Program-made: the position numbers and the translations under genes | Notes under the pieces: generated by a model | Database searches by the model: none | What the model was told of the DNA's origin: nothing | The model's input: the letters and a program-made list of their open reading frames with translations, nothing else | Part shown: in pieces, positions 18,369 to 27,401 of the stretch | Position numbering within the stretch: the stretch's first letter is position 1 | Layout: every line of letters begins with the position of its first letter | Assembly: GCA_029247585.1 (NCBI GenBank) | Contig: JAQWKY010000080.1 | Location: 5,595 to 69,594, forward strand | Direction: 5' to 3' | Source of the DNA: Flavobacteriales bacterium | GTDB taxonomy: Bacteria > Bacteroidota > Bacteroidia > Flavobacteriales > UBA7430 | DNA length: 64,000 bases

Positions 18369-19742
18369 TTATCGATCTAAAATCCAATCTTTATGTTTCA
18401 AATGATCTTTCAATTCAGCTAAATTCACTTCAGGGTCAATGAAAAGTTTACTTCTTGCTCCGTTTAAAGTCACATACACCTCTGCATTAACGATGGGGTT
18501 TTTCAAACCTTTCGATTCAACTTCTTCTGCAATAATCTGTGCGTACTGAAGAATTAAATCTGGTTGAGTCGCCATCATTTTCTCTTGAGTAGGTGTAAGA
18601 AACTGCGAATTATCTACCTCTCCCTTACGTCCTGTCTCAGGGTCTGTTACGTAAAAGAAAGCAGTCCCTGCTTTCTCCATCAACATCACACGCCAACTGA
18701 AACGATACCCCTGCTCGGTCCAAAATAAATCTCCCGGATAAAGCAGGTAACGAAAAGGAAACAACAATTGAAAGAACACATAAGCAGCTATAAAAAAGGT
18801 CAAAATCTTCCTTTTAAAGCCGTGCAAAATTAGTGAATTATACTCGATACTTGACCCTACCTTAACATTTAATTTAGAATAAATAAAAATAACAAGCTTC
18901 TGATGAAAATCGGGCGAGAAAAAGAGTAGGGTAGTTAAAATCATGATCCAAGGAAACATCCCTATTGGAAACATGAAACCTGTAATCAAGTGGAAAAGAA
19001 CCAGCACAACATATGCAGGAAGTCTAAAACGCTTGGTAAGAAGAAAAAAGACTACAGTAAGATCAAAAACACATCCGAGCCAACTAAACCCGTAAGCCAC
19101 CCATTTCTCGGTAAAAAAAGAACCCACAAGGGGCCAATGCGCCTTGGCTTGCAACCAAATACTCATCGGCATGGCGTCCAACAACCAATCAGTATTTAAC
19201 TTAGCCACACCCGCAAAAAAATAGACCAAACCCAACTGAAACTTGAGTAGGAATATGGGCCAATTAGATATCTCATCTCGGGCGATTTTAGGGTTCCGAG
19301 CAACATCAAAAGATAAGGAGCGATGAGCAGGTAAAAAACACATCAAAAAAGCCACAAGACTGATAAAATAATAATGATTCAGGTAATTTGTGATGTCGAT
19401 GAGTTCCACGTAAGTGAACAAGATAAAATACGCGACCGTTGCGAAACGATAAAACAGTCCCAAAGCAATGCACAGCGAAGAAATCAACAAGAGTGCAAAC
19501 ACGGCATACATACCAAATTCGCCAAGCGGTTTCACCCAATGAAATCCGTAGTAGTGAAAAAAGTGATCGGGTTGAAGGAATAAAGAATCAATCCAACCTT
19601 TGGCCCAAAACCTTAAGGTACTCGCAAACATCATAAAACCAAATATGATGCGAAAAACAACTAAAGGGGCTATGCTGGTTTTAGCATACATCCCCGCTAG
19701 GATTTGATCTTTATCTGTTGAAAAATCAATCCCCGTCTGCAT
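18369..19742 (-). CDS. HTTM-domain (vitamin-K-dependent gamma-carboxylase-like) polytopic membrane protein.
   Basis: N-terminal LVVFRIIFGFMMFASTLRFWAKGWI and multiple TM helices, as I recall for the HTTM family. 457 aa. Its start overlaps the upstream gene's end by 17 nt, and its end is 1 nt from the receptor start. Confidence 0.7.
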   Translation of the reverse strand: MQTGIDFSTDKDQILAGMYAKTSIAPLVVFRIIFGFMMFASTLRFWAKGWIDSLFLQPDHFFHYYGFHWVKPLGEFGMYAVFALLLISSLCIALGLFYRFATVAYFILFTYVELIDITNYLNHYYFISLVAFLMCFLPAHRSLSFDVARNPKIARDEISNWPIFLLKFQLGLVYFFAGVAKLNTDWLLDAMPMSIWLQAKAHWPLVGSFFTEKWVAYGFSWLGCVFDLTVVFFLLTKRFRLPAYVVLVLFHLITGFMFPIGMFPWIMILTTLLFFSPDFHQKLVIFIYSKLNVKVGSSIEYNSLILHGFKRKILTFFIAAYVFFQLLFPFRYLLYPGDLFWTEQGYRFSWRVMLMEKAGTAFFYVTDPETGRKGEVDNSQFLTPTQEKMMATQPDLILQYAQIIAEEVESKGLKNPIVNAEVYVTLNGARSKLFIDPEVNLAELKDHLKHKDWILDR

Positions 19743-20826
19743 CTGTAGAGGTTACTGTGACAGACAAATATGAGCGCATATCATTCTTAATCATGGGCAC
19801 CAACTTTTGAAGGGCATTGGATGTTTCCGAAAGGTTCACATTGTTGTTTTCAATTTCAGAAGACAAATTCATTGTGTACAAAGAAATGGCTTCTCGACAA
19901 GCCGCAAATTGCTCTTGTATAGCCGAAGCTAAATCTCCATCAACCACCGTAGACTGCGCATTGTATTCTTTTAGCTTTTCATAGATACCAACTCCATCAA
20001 CTCCATCGTATCCTACACCCATATAAACCTTTTCGAGCGCAGCTAAATTGGCATCCATCAACTCAAAAGACATTTCACTAAAGCGACCTTCAACGACTGA
20101 ATTATCGGCAGCAATAGGAATTCCGTATTGAGTGGCAAACCCACTCGGAAGGGCAAATTTATTTCGTTTCACTTGCTCATAATCGTACAAGAAAGTGTTG
20201 AAGAGGAGACTTAAAGAACTACTTCTATCGTTGCCGTTTGCCTGAACGAACACGGCTCTGTAGGAATCCCAAGCTTCAACAACCCCTTCAACGCGTGTTT
20301 GCATATCAACAATACAGGCACTGATGTAGTTGATTCTTGAAGAATCGCTCAGCTCCGTCAGCAATTCAATTTGACTTGTGTGGAACAATAAATAATCAAG
20401 GGCAGGTAAGCCTTTTGCCTCATAATTTGATGGAACGTCTAAATCAAACGAACCCGATTGAATATTATCTTCAATTTTTGAGACGTTCGTAGGAAAAGAA
20501 TTACAATTCATAAGCAATAATGTGGAATAATCTGCCGCAGGGCCGAAGTCAAATGCTGAGACGGATTGCCAAGACAAGTAAGTCGCTTTAAACTGATCTT
20601 GAAGCTTTTCTAAACTCTGGACTTCCGAAGCATCAAAAACATCAAAGTCCGCTCGTAAAGCAGACAAATCGGATTGAAATTGAGCGTAACTCGGAATGAT
20701 GATGTTATCAGCCGTTTGTTCAAACAAGTCGCTGTAAGTGAGGTTATCCATAGGTTTTTCGGGATCACAAGAACTAAAACTCATCAAGAGCACAACAACA
20801 GTGGCAAAACGTAAAACTTTCTTCAT
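19726..20826 (-). CDS. Imelysin-like (peptidase M75 / EfeO-like) periplasmic lipoprotein.
   Basis: Lipoprotein signal LLMSFSSC. Size, helical composition and the context next to TonB/FTR1 genes resemble imelysin/IrpA-like proteins. The call is from recollection of the family, not a search. Confidence 0.6.
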   Translation of the reverse strand: MKKVLRFATVVVLLMSFSSCDPEKPMDNLTYSDLFEQTADNIIIPSYAQFQSDLSALRADFDVFDASEVQSLEKLQDQFKATYLSWQSVSAFDFGPAADYSTLLLMNCNSFPTNVSKIEDNIQSGSFDLDVPSNYEAKGLPALDYLLFHTSQIELLTELSDSSRINYISACIVDMQTRVEGVVEAWDSYRAVFVQANGNDRSSSLSLLFNTFLYDYEQVKRNKFALPSGFATQYGIPIAADNSVVEGRFSEMSFELMDANLAALEKVYMGVGYDGVDGVGIYEKLKEYNAQSTVVDGDLASAIQEQFAACREAISLYTMNLSSEIENNNVNLSETSNALQKLVPMIKNDMRSYLSVTVTSTDADGD

Positions 20827-20876
20827 AGTGAAAAAACCACCTGCTCACGCAGGCGGTTACTTATTATAATAGTTAA

Positions 20877-21941
20877 TTAAAATTCAGCAGCATTGGTAAT
20901 GTTATAGGCATCAGCCAAAAGCGTAATCGCTTGATTAATTTCGACGGGTGTTACTTCATTTAAATTGGTTCCCAAAGCGCCGATGATTGCATCTACTTGA
21001 GAAGCAGAAACACTTGCTTCGCTGTTGTATTTTAAAGCGGAAATAAAAGCAATCGCTTCAGATAATTTGTGGTTCCTAAGTACAGCATCAGCAACATCAT
21101 CAATCGCACCGTTCAAGTAGTGAAGGGCCGATGCAACCGGAATCATTTCCCAGTGCGCACGAACTTTACCAATCGCTTCATCACGTGAAGTATAGTCTTT
21201 ATTGTCGATGGCAGTTCTTCCAGCAATGAAGGCATCCATTAAATCGTCAATGGTTGTTAAACCTCCTCCAATGGTTTTCTTTGCGTATTTCCCCCAGTAA
21301 ACACCGCCGTCTGTATTGGCTCCAGAAAATTCAACAGGGGCCCCTAGGTAACCAAAAGCTTCATCCCAGTGATGCTGCATCTTTGTGTAATCTTTTCCTT
21401 CTACCAAATCAGTGTTTTCTACATTCATTTTTGAATCACTTAAGTAAACAGACGTACCTTGGTAATAGAAACAAGAACCCATAATTCCTTTGACAATCAA
21501 TTGAATAGGCTCAAATCCATTCTCATCGAACAAATAGGTTTTAGCACCATCTTCAGATGTAGTTGTCGATCCATTCACCGACAAGTCTGCCAGTTGATCT
21601 ATCAAAGACTCAACTGCAGCCTGCTGATCAGGATGCGTCTTACTCTTTAGGTTTTTTGTAGGCTGCCCCTCGGCAAAAGCATCAGAAGTCCAGGTATACC
21701 CGTCATTAGCATACATGGCTTTTACCTGAGTTGCATCAATAACTGCACCATCGTTAGCTTTTTTCAAATAACCCTCCAATTCTTTCAACAAATTCAATCG
21801 CTCAACTTGACCGCTGTAGTTCGCATTTTCAAAATTATAGGTTTCAGGCACATCGTTCTTCTTATCGTCCTTCCCACATGAGGTGAAAAACACGACAGAG
21901 AATAAGGTTATGTAAGAAAATATTTGTTTTAAAAGTTTCAT
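20877..21941 (-). CDS. DUF4856-like lipoprotein, the first gene of the iron-uptake operon.
   Basis: Lipoprotein signal VFFTSCGKDD. N-terminal YNFENANYSGQVERLNLLKEL resembles the DUF4856 proteins usually adjacent to imelysin genes in Bacteroidota. Confidence 0.5.
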   Translation of the reverse strand: MKLLKQIFSYITLFSVVFFTSCGKDDKKNDVPETYNFENANYSGQVERLNLLKELEGYLKKANDGAVIDATQVKAMYANDGYTWTSDAFAEGQPTKNLKSKTHPDQQAAVESLIDQLADLSVNGSTTTSEDGAKTYLFDENGFEPIQLIVKGIMGSCFYYQGTSVYLSDSKMNVENTDLVEGKDYTKMQHHWDEAFGYLGAPVEFSGANTDGGVYWGKYAKKTIGGGLTTIDDLMDAFIAGRTAIDNKDYTSRDEAIGKVRAHWEMIPVASALHYLNGAIDDVADAVLRNHKLSEAIAFISALKYNSEASVSASQVDAIIGALGTNLNEVTPVEINQAITLLADAYNITNAAEF

Positions 21942-21957
21942 CTTTTTTTGTTTATCC

Positions 21958-22039
21958 TTATTTAGACTTGTTTTAAATTAAGGCAAATCTATATGATATT
22001 TTTTTACCTAGCAATGTTTTTCCATTTTTATTTAGACTT
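21958..22039. repeat. Two exact 12-bp direct repeats (ttatttagactt) 70 bp apart, bracketing the predicted promoter of the iron operon.
   Basis: ttatttagactt occurs at 21958-21969 and 22028-22039. Confidence 0.5.
21984..21991 (-). promoter_or_regulatory. Candidate -7 box for the five-gene iron operon.
   Basis: Plus-strand caaatcta is TAGATTTG on the minus strand, 42 nt upstream of ATG 21941. Confidence 0.35.
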
Positions 22040-22113
22040 AATATAAATAGAGTAAACCCCCAAACCATTAAAAGACTCATATTCTGAACCTTAACGTTTT
22101 TAAAAGATTCGTA

Positions 22114-22671
22114 CTAAAAAATTTCAGGGTTGTATTTTTCGGGAAATTTAGGCGTCTTATCCTTGAAGAAATCTTGAATGCGCAACATATCTTTTTCAAA
22201 ATCTCCAGTTAAGGTTAACGGCGGTCCAAAACCTACGTGTTTTTTCTTGAAATCCACAAAACCCATAAAAACGGGAACATTTGCCGCAGTAGCCATATGA
22301 TAGAAGCCCGTTTTCCACTTGGGCACCCAGGAGCGTGTTCCTTCTGCAGGGACTGCAACAATCATTTCATCGCTCTCTTTGAGAGCCTGGATCATCAAGT
22401 CTACCATCCCCCCTTTTTTACTCCGATCCACAGGAATGCCCCCTGTGGATTTGAAAAACAGATTCATGGGGAAAAAAAACCAACTTTTTTTGATAAAATA
22501 ATTCAATTTCAAGCCCACTAAATTAAATGCAGCCAGTGCCAGAGGGAAATCCCAATTGGAGGTATGAGGTGCACAAACGAGCACAGCCTTCCTAACTCCG
22601 GGCGGCACTTCGCCAACCATTTCCCAACCCATAAGCTTGAGAAAACACTTACTGATTAACTTCTTCATCAA
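22114..22671 (-). CDS. 1-acyl-sn-glycerol-3-phosphate acyltransferase-like (PlsC family).
   Basis: Acyltransferase motifs HTSNWD (HxxxxD) and VPAEGTRS. Length 185 aa. Confidence 0.8.
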   Translation of the reverse strand: MMKKLISKCFLKLMGWEMVGEVPPGVRKAVLVCAPHTSNWDFPLALAAFNLVGLKLNYFIKKSWFFFPMNLFFKSTGGIPVDRSKKGGMVDLMIQALKESDEMIVAVPAEGTRSWVPKWKTGFYHMATAANVPVFMGFVDFKKKHVGFGPPLTLTGDFEKDMLRIQDFFKDKTPKFPEKYNPEIF

Positions 22672-24106
22672 AAAAATCAGGTTTAAAACCGATTAAGTAA
22701 ACGGCATCTACAGCTCTCGTAAATGCCGTATACAGCCATCTTAAATATTCTTTATCTACGGTATCTTCAGGAAGGTACCCTTGCTCAATAAACACATTTT
22801 TCCACTGCCCACCCTGTGCTTTATGACAAGTAATGGCATAGGCAAACTTTACTTGAAGTGCATTGAAATAGGGATCTGCCTTGATGGCCTGAAAACGTTT
22901 GTATTTTGTTTTAATATGCGCGTAGTCGCGCTCAATGGACTTATACAAGCGATTGCCATCCTCATAACTCATCGATGGACGATCTACATAGATGCAATCT
23001 AAAAGTAAATACGTTTCAAATTCGGGTTCATCAGGGTAATCAATAAGATTTACCTCCGCTTTGGCAAAACGAAAACCATGGCGTTCTTCCGTGGTCAAAA
23101 TTCTTTTGACCACAATTTGGTCTCCATTTGCAATAAAACCCGCTTTTGACTCTTTAGGCAGACAAAAATAATTGTTCTTCACCACCATCAGATGATCGCC
23201 GGAAGTAATCTCATCTTCGTACCAAAGTATTCGATTTCGTATTTGCTGATTGTAGACATTGGCACGCTTGTTTGAACGCAAAACGACCACAGAATCTTCT
23301 ATGGACATGGACGAATATGCCGTATTTAAAGCATCTTCTAAATCTTGTTTTTCAACAATGCGAGTTACGTCTGGATACAAATTAAAGATCGGTTTAAACC
23401 GATCTTGATCACGTTCCAAAAGCTGCCTTAATGTTGTTGCATTTTTCAAAATACCAGAAGATTCAGCTTGACGAACAACCTCTTGAAGCTCCACATGAAA
23501 CACTTCCTTAAAATACCGTAATTTCAACTCCTCAGGAATCAAGGCCGGACTGAGTGTTAAACCGACAGGAGGAAGCTGCGCAACATCTCCAATCAATAAC
23601 ACTTTACAATTCAGTCCTTGATCCGCAAAACGAATCAAATCGTCTAGCAAGGCGTTTCCGCCAAATGCACTGTCAGTTTGATTTCCAATCATGGAAGCCT
23701 CATCGACAATATAAATCGTATTGGAAGCCTTGTTCTTTTGAAGCTCAAAACTTAAGGAGCCCGACTTCAATTTTGGATAATAAATATGCTTGTGAATGGT
23801 GTATGCCTTTCGTTTTGTGTAGGCACTCATCACTTTGGCTGCCCTTCCTGTAGGTGCTAACAAAACCGCTTTTCGGTTGTATTTAGTCAAGGAGGTCATT
23901 AACGTCTGTAACAACGAAGTCTTACCCGTTCCTGCATAACCTTTTAATACAAAAAGTTGGTGCGGATCACGTTCCAGCAAAAAACCTGCAACGTGATGTA
24001 TCCACTGGATCTGACCGGCAGTCGCTTGGTGTGGGAAATTTCGTAGTAAATCTCCTTGAAGATCGGTTATTTTGGTACTCAAAGTCAAGGATACAAAGAT
24101 ACACAT
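22649..24106 (-). CDS. RecD-like superfamily-I DNA helicase / AAA ATPase.
   Basis: Walker A GYAGTGKTS, Walker B IYIVDEASM, and C-terminal AITCHKAQGGQW (UvrD_C_2-like). Overlaps the downstream plsC-like gene by 23 nt. Confidence 0.8.
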   Translation of the reverse strand: MCIFVSLTLSTKITDLQGDLLRNFPHQATAGQIQWIHHVAGFLLERDPHQLFVLKGYAGTGKTSLLQTLMTSLTKYNRKAVLLAPTGRAAKVMSAYTKRKAYTIHKHIYYPKLKSGSLSFELQKNKASNTIYIVDEASMIGNQTDSAFGGNALLDDLIRFADQGLNCKVLLIGDVAQLPPVGLTLSPALIPEELKLRYFKEVFHVELQEVVRQAESSGILKNATTLRQLLERDQDRFKPIFNLYPDVTRIVEKQDLEDALNTAYSSMSIEDSVVVLRSNKRANVYNQQIRNRILWYEDEITSGDHLMVVKNNYFCLPKESKAGFIANGDQIVVKRILTTEERHGFRFAKAEVNLIDYPDEPEFETYLLLDCIYVDRPSMSYEDGNRLYKSIERDYAHIKTKYKRFQAIKADPYFNALQVKFAYAITCHKAQGGQWKNVFIEQGYLPEDTVDKEYLRWLYTAFTRAVDAVYLIGFKPDFFDEEVNQ

Positions 24107-24147
24107 TCAACAGATTGAAAAAAAATGAGATTACGTCAAAAAAATTG

Positions 24148-24155
24148 TAAATTTG
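24148..24155 (+). promoter_or_regulatory. Candidate -7 box (TAnnTTTG).
   Basis: TAAATTTG, 21 nt upstream of ATG 24177. Confidence 0.4.
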
Positions 24156-24176
24156 CTAGTAAGTAGATTTAAATAA

Positions 24177-24767
24177 ATGGAAAAAAAAATTCGCATCGGA
24201 TTATGGATTTTAGTCATTGGACTGAGTTATTCGCTATATAGTGCCATTATGAATCCTATCCGCTTCAATAAAGAAAAAAAGCTTCGCTCAGCAGACGTCA
24301 TTGAACGTTTAAAGGAGGTTCGAAAAGCACAAATTGCATTCAAAGAAGTCAACCGATTTTACGCCCGAAACTTCAATGAACTGATTCCACTCATTGACAC
24401 GGGTGAGTTTACCATTGTTCAACGTCGAGACGAAGAATTTAAGTATTACAACGAGGTGTACCGTGAGCACCAACTCAAAGACACTACCTACATTGACACT
24501 CTTGGGTTTGCAAGTATCAAAGACTCTATTTTTGGAGCAGGTTTCAACCTTGAAGAGCTACGATTCATTCCTCACGCAGAGGGGGCAGAGCTCGAACTAA
24601 GAGCGGGCAGAATAAATTCTGGAAAACTGAAAGTACACGTGTTTGAAGCAAGAGCTCCCAAAGAAAAATACCTCATGGGATTGGATGATGATTTGATAAA
24701 AAACACAGCAAAAGACTTGGTCGTAGGCTCAATGAACTCGGTAAAAATTAATGGCAACTGGGAATAA
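24177..24767 (+). CDS. Hypothetical membrane-anchored protein (single N-terminal TM helix).
   Basis: Track ORF of 196 aa with hydrophobic IRIGLWILVIGLSYSLYSAI. First gene of an overlapping three-gene set. Confidence 0.6.
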   Translation: MEKKIRIGLWILVIGLSYSLYSAIMNPIRFNKEKKLRSADVIERLKEVRKAQIAFKEVNRFYARNFNELIPLIDTGEFTIVQRRDEEFKYYNEVYREHQLKDTTYIDTLGFASIKDSIFGAGFNLEELRFIPHAEGAELELRAGRINSGKLKVHVFEARAPKEKYLMGLDDDLIKNTAKDLVVGSMNSVKINGNWE

Positions 24768-25626
24768 AATCAAAGTAACTCTAAGCCATATAGATCCACA
24801 TTTGAAACTGAATGAATCCAATTCATGTCATTTGTCCATTCAAATAGGTTTGGATAGGTTTTCTTTTGCGATTTTAAATCTAGAAAAGCAAAAGTACATT
24901 GCGCTTGAATATTACGACATTCAAAACATCAACACTTCGAACGACCTAGCCAACAAAATCGATCAAATTATTGCCCACCAAAAGCTGCTGCTACAAAATT
25001 TTGCATCAACATCAATTGCAATAGCTGACACCCTAAACACGTTAACTCCCGAAACCCTTTACTCCAAATCAAACGGGAAAGAAATTTTACAATTCAACCA
25101 TCCTGTATTGCAAGGTGAAAATGAAAGTAGGGATTGGCTAGCATCCCTAAAAGTTTACAACTCGTACGTAATTCCTGAGGCTTTGGAACGCTGTTTCAAT
25201 AAAAATTTCCCGAAAGCCATTTGGAAGCACGACAGCAGTATACTCATTGAAAGTCTCATTCAACAATTCAAACTGCAAGAAGGAGAAAAAGTATATCTAT
25301 CGATTCAAAACAATTATTTTGAACTCACGGTACTTCAAGGAAGAAAACTACGATTCTTCAACAGCTTTTCCTACAAAACAGCTACGGACCTACTTTACTA
25401 TTTGTTATTTACCTTTGAACAGTTGAATATAAATCCCGACCAAATCCCACTGGTACTTTTAGGTGAAATTGAAAAGGAATCTGAAGTTTACAAGTTATTA
25501 TACCGCTACGTTCGTCATATTGATTTCACAAAAAGAAATCCAAATTACAAGTACAGCTTTGTTTTTGATGAAGTAAAAGAACACCACTACTACAAACTCT
25601 TGAACCAGCACCTATGCGCATCATAA
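24751..25626 (+). CDS. Hypothetical protein, DUF3822-like.
   Basis: Track ORF of 291 aa. The position immediately upstream of rsmD/coaD matches what I recall for DUF3822 in Bacteroidota. It overlaps neighbours by 17 and 13 nt. Confidence 0.5.
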   Translation: MATGNKIKVTLSHIDPHLKLNESNSCHLSIQIGLDRFSFAILNLEKQKYIALEYYDIQNINTSNDLANKIDQIIAHQKLLLQNFASTSIAIADTLNTLTPETLYSKSNGKEILQFNHPVLQGENESRDWLASLKVYNSYVIPEALERCFNKNFPKAIWKHDSSILIESLIQQFKLQEGEKVYLSIQNNYFELTVLQGRKLRFFNSFSYKTATDLLYYLLFTFEQLNINPDQIPLVLLGEIEKESEVYKLLYRYVRHIDFTKRNPNYKYSFVFDEVKEHHYYKLLNQHLCAS

Positions 25627-26162
25627 GTGGATCTCATAAGAGCAAACGAATTACGGCTCCCAAGAACTTACCCGTTCGTCCTACCACAGACATGGCCAAA
25701 GAGAGTCTCTTCAATATTTTAAACAATCGTTATTATTTTGATGAGATTACCGTACTTGACCTTTTCAGTGGAACCGGAAATATCAGCTATGAATTTGCAT
25801 CTCGAGGCACAGAACAAATCCTTAGTGTTGACAAAAACTTTCATTGCGTTCGATTTATTGAGGAAACTGCAAGTGAGTTGGGTTTTAATGCCATCAATCC
25901 GATTCAGGCTGATGTCTTTGAATTCCTTAACAAACACAGCCAAAAATACGACATCATTTTTGCAGATGCTCCCTACGACATGGAAGGCTTGAATGAAATC
26001 ATCCAGCTTGTTTTTGAGAAAAAAATCCTTTCGGATTACGGCATGCTTATTATCGAGCATCCCAAAGAACAAAACTTTGAAGACCAAATCAACTTCACAG
26101 AAAAACGTCGCTATGGAAATGTGAACTTTAGTTTTTTTGAACACCCAAAAACAGATGAATAG
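25614..26162 (+). CDS. rsmD: 16S rRNA (guanine966-N2)-methyltransferase RsmD.
   Basis: MRIISG...R...P....RPT, SAM motif DLFSGTGNISYEFASRG, and catalytic FADAPY. Confidence 0.88.
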   Translation: MRIISGSHKSKRITAPKNLPVRPTTDMAKESLFNILNNRYYFDEITVLDLFSGTGNISYEFASRGTEQILSVDKNFHCVRFIEETASELGFNAINPIQADVFEFLNKHSQKYDIIFADAPYDMEGLNEIIQLVFEKKILSDYGMLIIEHPKEQNFEDQINFTEKRRYGNVNFSFFEHPKTDE

Positions 26163-26361
26163 TACTTCAAGTGAAAAGTGCTTGGAATACCTAAAAAATA
26201 GGCTTTAAGTTATCCATTGTCAATTGTCAATTCGTAATTTATAATACCAACCCTTCGACAGGCTCAGGGCGACACCTACTAAAAGACTTTGTGCTTTGTA
26301 CCTTGTACTTAATACCTTATACTCCGAATTAATATTTAACTTGCAGTCTCAATAGCAAGAA

Positions 26362-26820
26362 ATGAAACGAATCGCATTTTTTCCAGGATCCTTCGATCCC
26401 ATCAGCAGAGGACACGAAGATATTGTCCTTAGAGCACTACCCTTATTTGACGAAATCATAGTGGCTTTGGGAGTAAACACCGCCAAAACCTACATGTATT
26501 CTGCAGAACAAAGACTAGAGTGGATTAAAAAAACCTTTGTGGATTACCCCAAAGTTAAAGTGGTGAGTTACCAAGGGTTAACCATAAAAGCTTGTGAAAA
26601 ACATAAGGCAAATTTTATCCTTCGAGGTCTGCGCAACTCCAACGACTACGAATACGAAAAAAGCATTGCGCTCATGAATCAAGAGATGGCTCCAAATATA
26701 GAAACCCTTTATTTGAATACCGCACCAAAATGGGCGGCAATCTCATCTACAAGTATCAGAGACATCATTAAAAACCAAGGTAACGCTGAACCTTTTCTCG
26801 CCTCAGGAGTTCAGCTATAG
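26362..26820 (+). CDS. coaD: Phosphopantetheine adenylyltransferase.
   Basis: FPGSFDPISRGHEDIV (nucleotidyltransferase HxGH-type motif) and ISSTSIRD. Length 152 aa. Confidence 0.93.
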   Translation: MKRIAFFPGSFDPISRGHEDIVLRALPLFDEIIVALGVNTAKTYMYSAEQRLEWIKKTFVDYPKVKVVSYQGLTIKACEKHKANFILRGLRNSNDYEYEKSIALMNQEMAPNIETLYLNTAPKWAAISSTSIRDIIKNQGNAEPFLASGVQL

Positions 26821-27394
26821 AGGCGTAGGTATTTGAAAGATATTCCAAATGAGCTTCTTTGTCCGCCCACAGGACCTCGGTAATTCCCTCCTCAATTTGA
26901 GGTTTTAAAGCTTGCTCTTCTCCACAGCACATCGCATACCAATAAGATGTTTTTAACACCTCTTTTTCCTTGTGGGGGTATACATGATAGGTACGTCCTA
27001 AAAGTTCGCCCCTGCGGATGCCCTGAACCGAACACTCCTCTTCAACCTCTCTAACAGCAGCTACTTCGATGGACTCTTCAAGCTCCACTTTTCCTTTTGG
27101 CAAATCCCAAGTACCATTTCTTCGCATCCAAAGCACTTCAGATTTGGAATTTACAACAATCCCTCCTGCAGCATCAATAAGTTCATAGCGCAATCTAAAA
27201 TCACTCCATAAAGACGCCAAATCTTTTGTACGTAAAAGCAAAGACTTAACACCTCCTTTTTGGAGTTTATATAAGGCATCATTTAGAGAGGATGCACCCG
27301 AATATTCCTGACATTCAACCACTTCGTTCGCATCAAAATCAGATTCGAAACTAGCCAATATTAATACCCCTTCGTTTATAAAAATTCTATACAT
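26768..27394 (-). CDS. NUDIX hydrolase.
   Basis: Nudix box GKVELEESIEVAAVREVEEECSV. Its 3' end overlaps the coaD 3' end by 53 nt (convergent). Confidence 0.8.
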   Translation of the reverse strand: MYRIFINEGVLILASFESDFDANEVVECQEYSGASSLNDALYKLQKGGVKSLLLRTKDLASLWSDFRLRYELIDAAGGIVVNSKSEVLWMRRNGTWDLPKGKVELEESIEVAAVREVEEECSVQGIRRGELLGRTYHVYPHKEKEVLKTSYWYAMCCGEEQALKPQIEEGITEVLWADKEAHLEYLSNTYASIAELLRREKVQRYLGF

Positions 27395-27397
27395 TTG
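27390..27397 (+). promoter_or_regulatory. Candidate -7 box for pyrE, implying a near-leaderless transcript.
   Basis: TACATTTG ends 4 nt before ATG 27402. It overlaps the start codon of the divergent NUDIX gene. Confidence 0.3.
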
Positions 27398-27401
27398 CAG
27401 G

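Noticed and set aside
21942-22113. Expected a canonical Fur box upstream of the iron operon.
   Set aside because: No convincing match to GATAATGATAATCATTATC was seen. Only the 12-bp direct repeats are reported instead.
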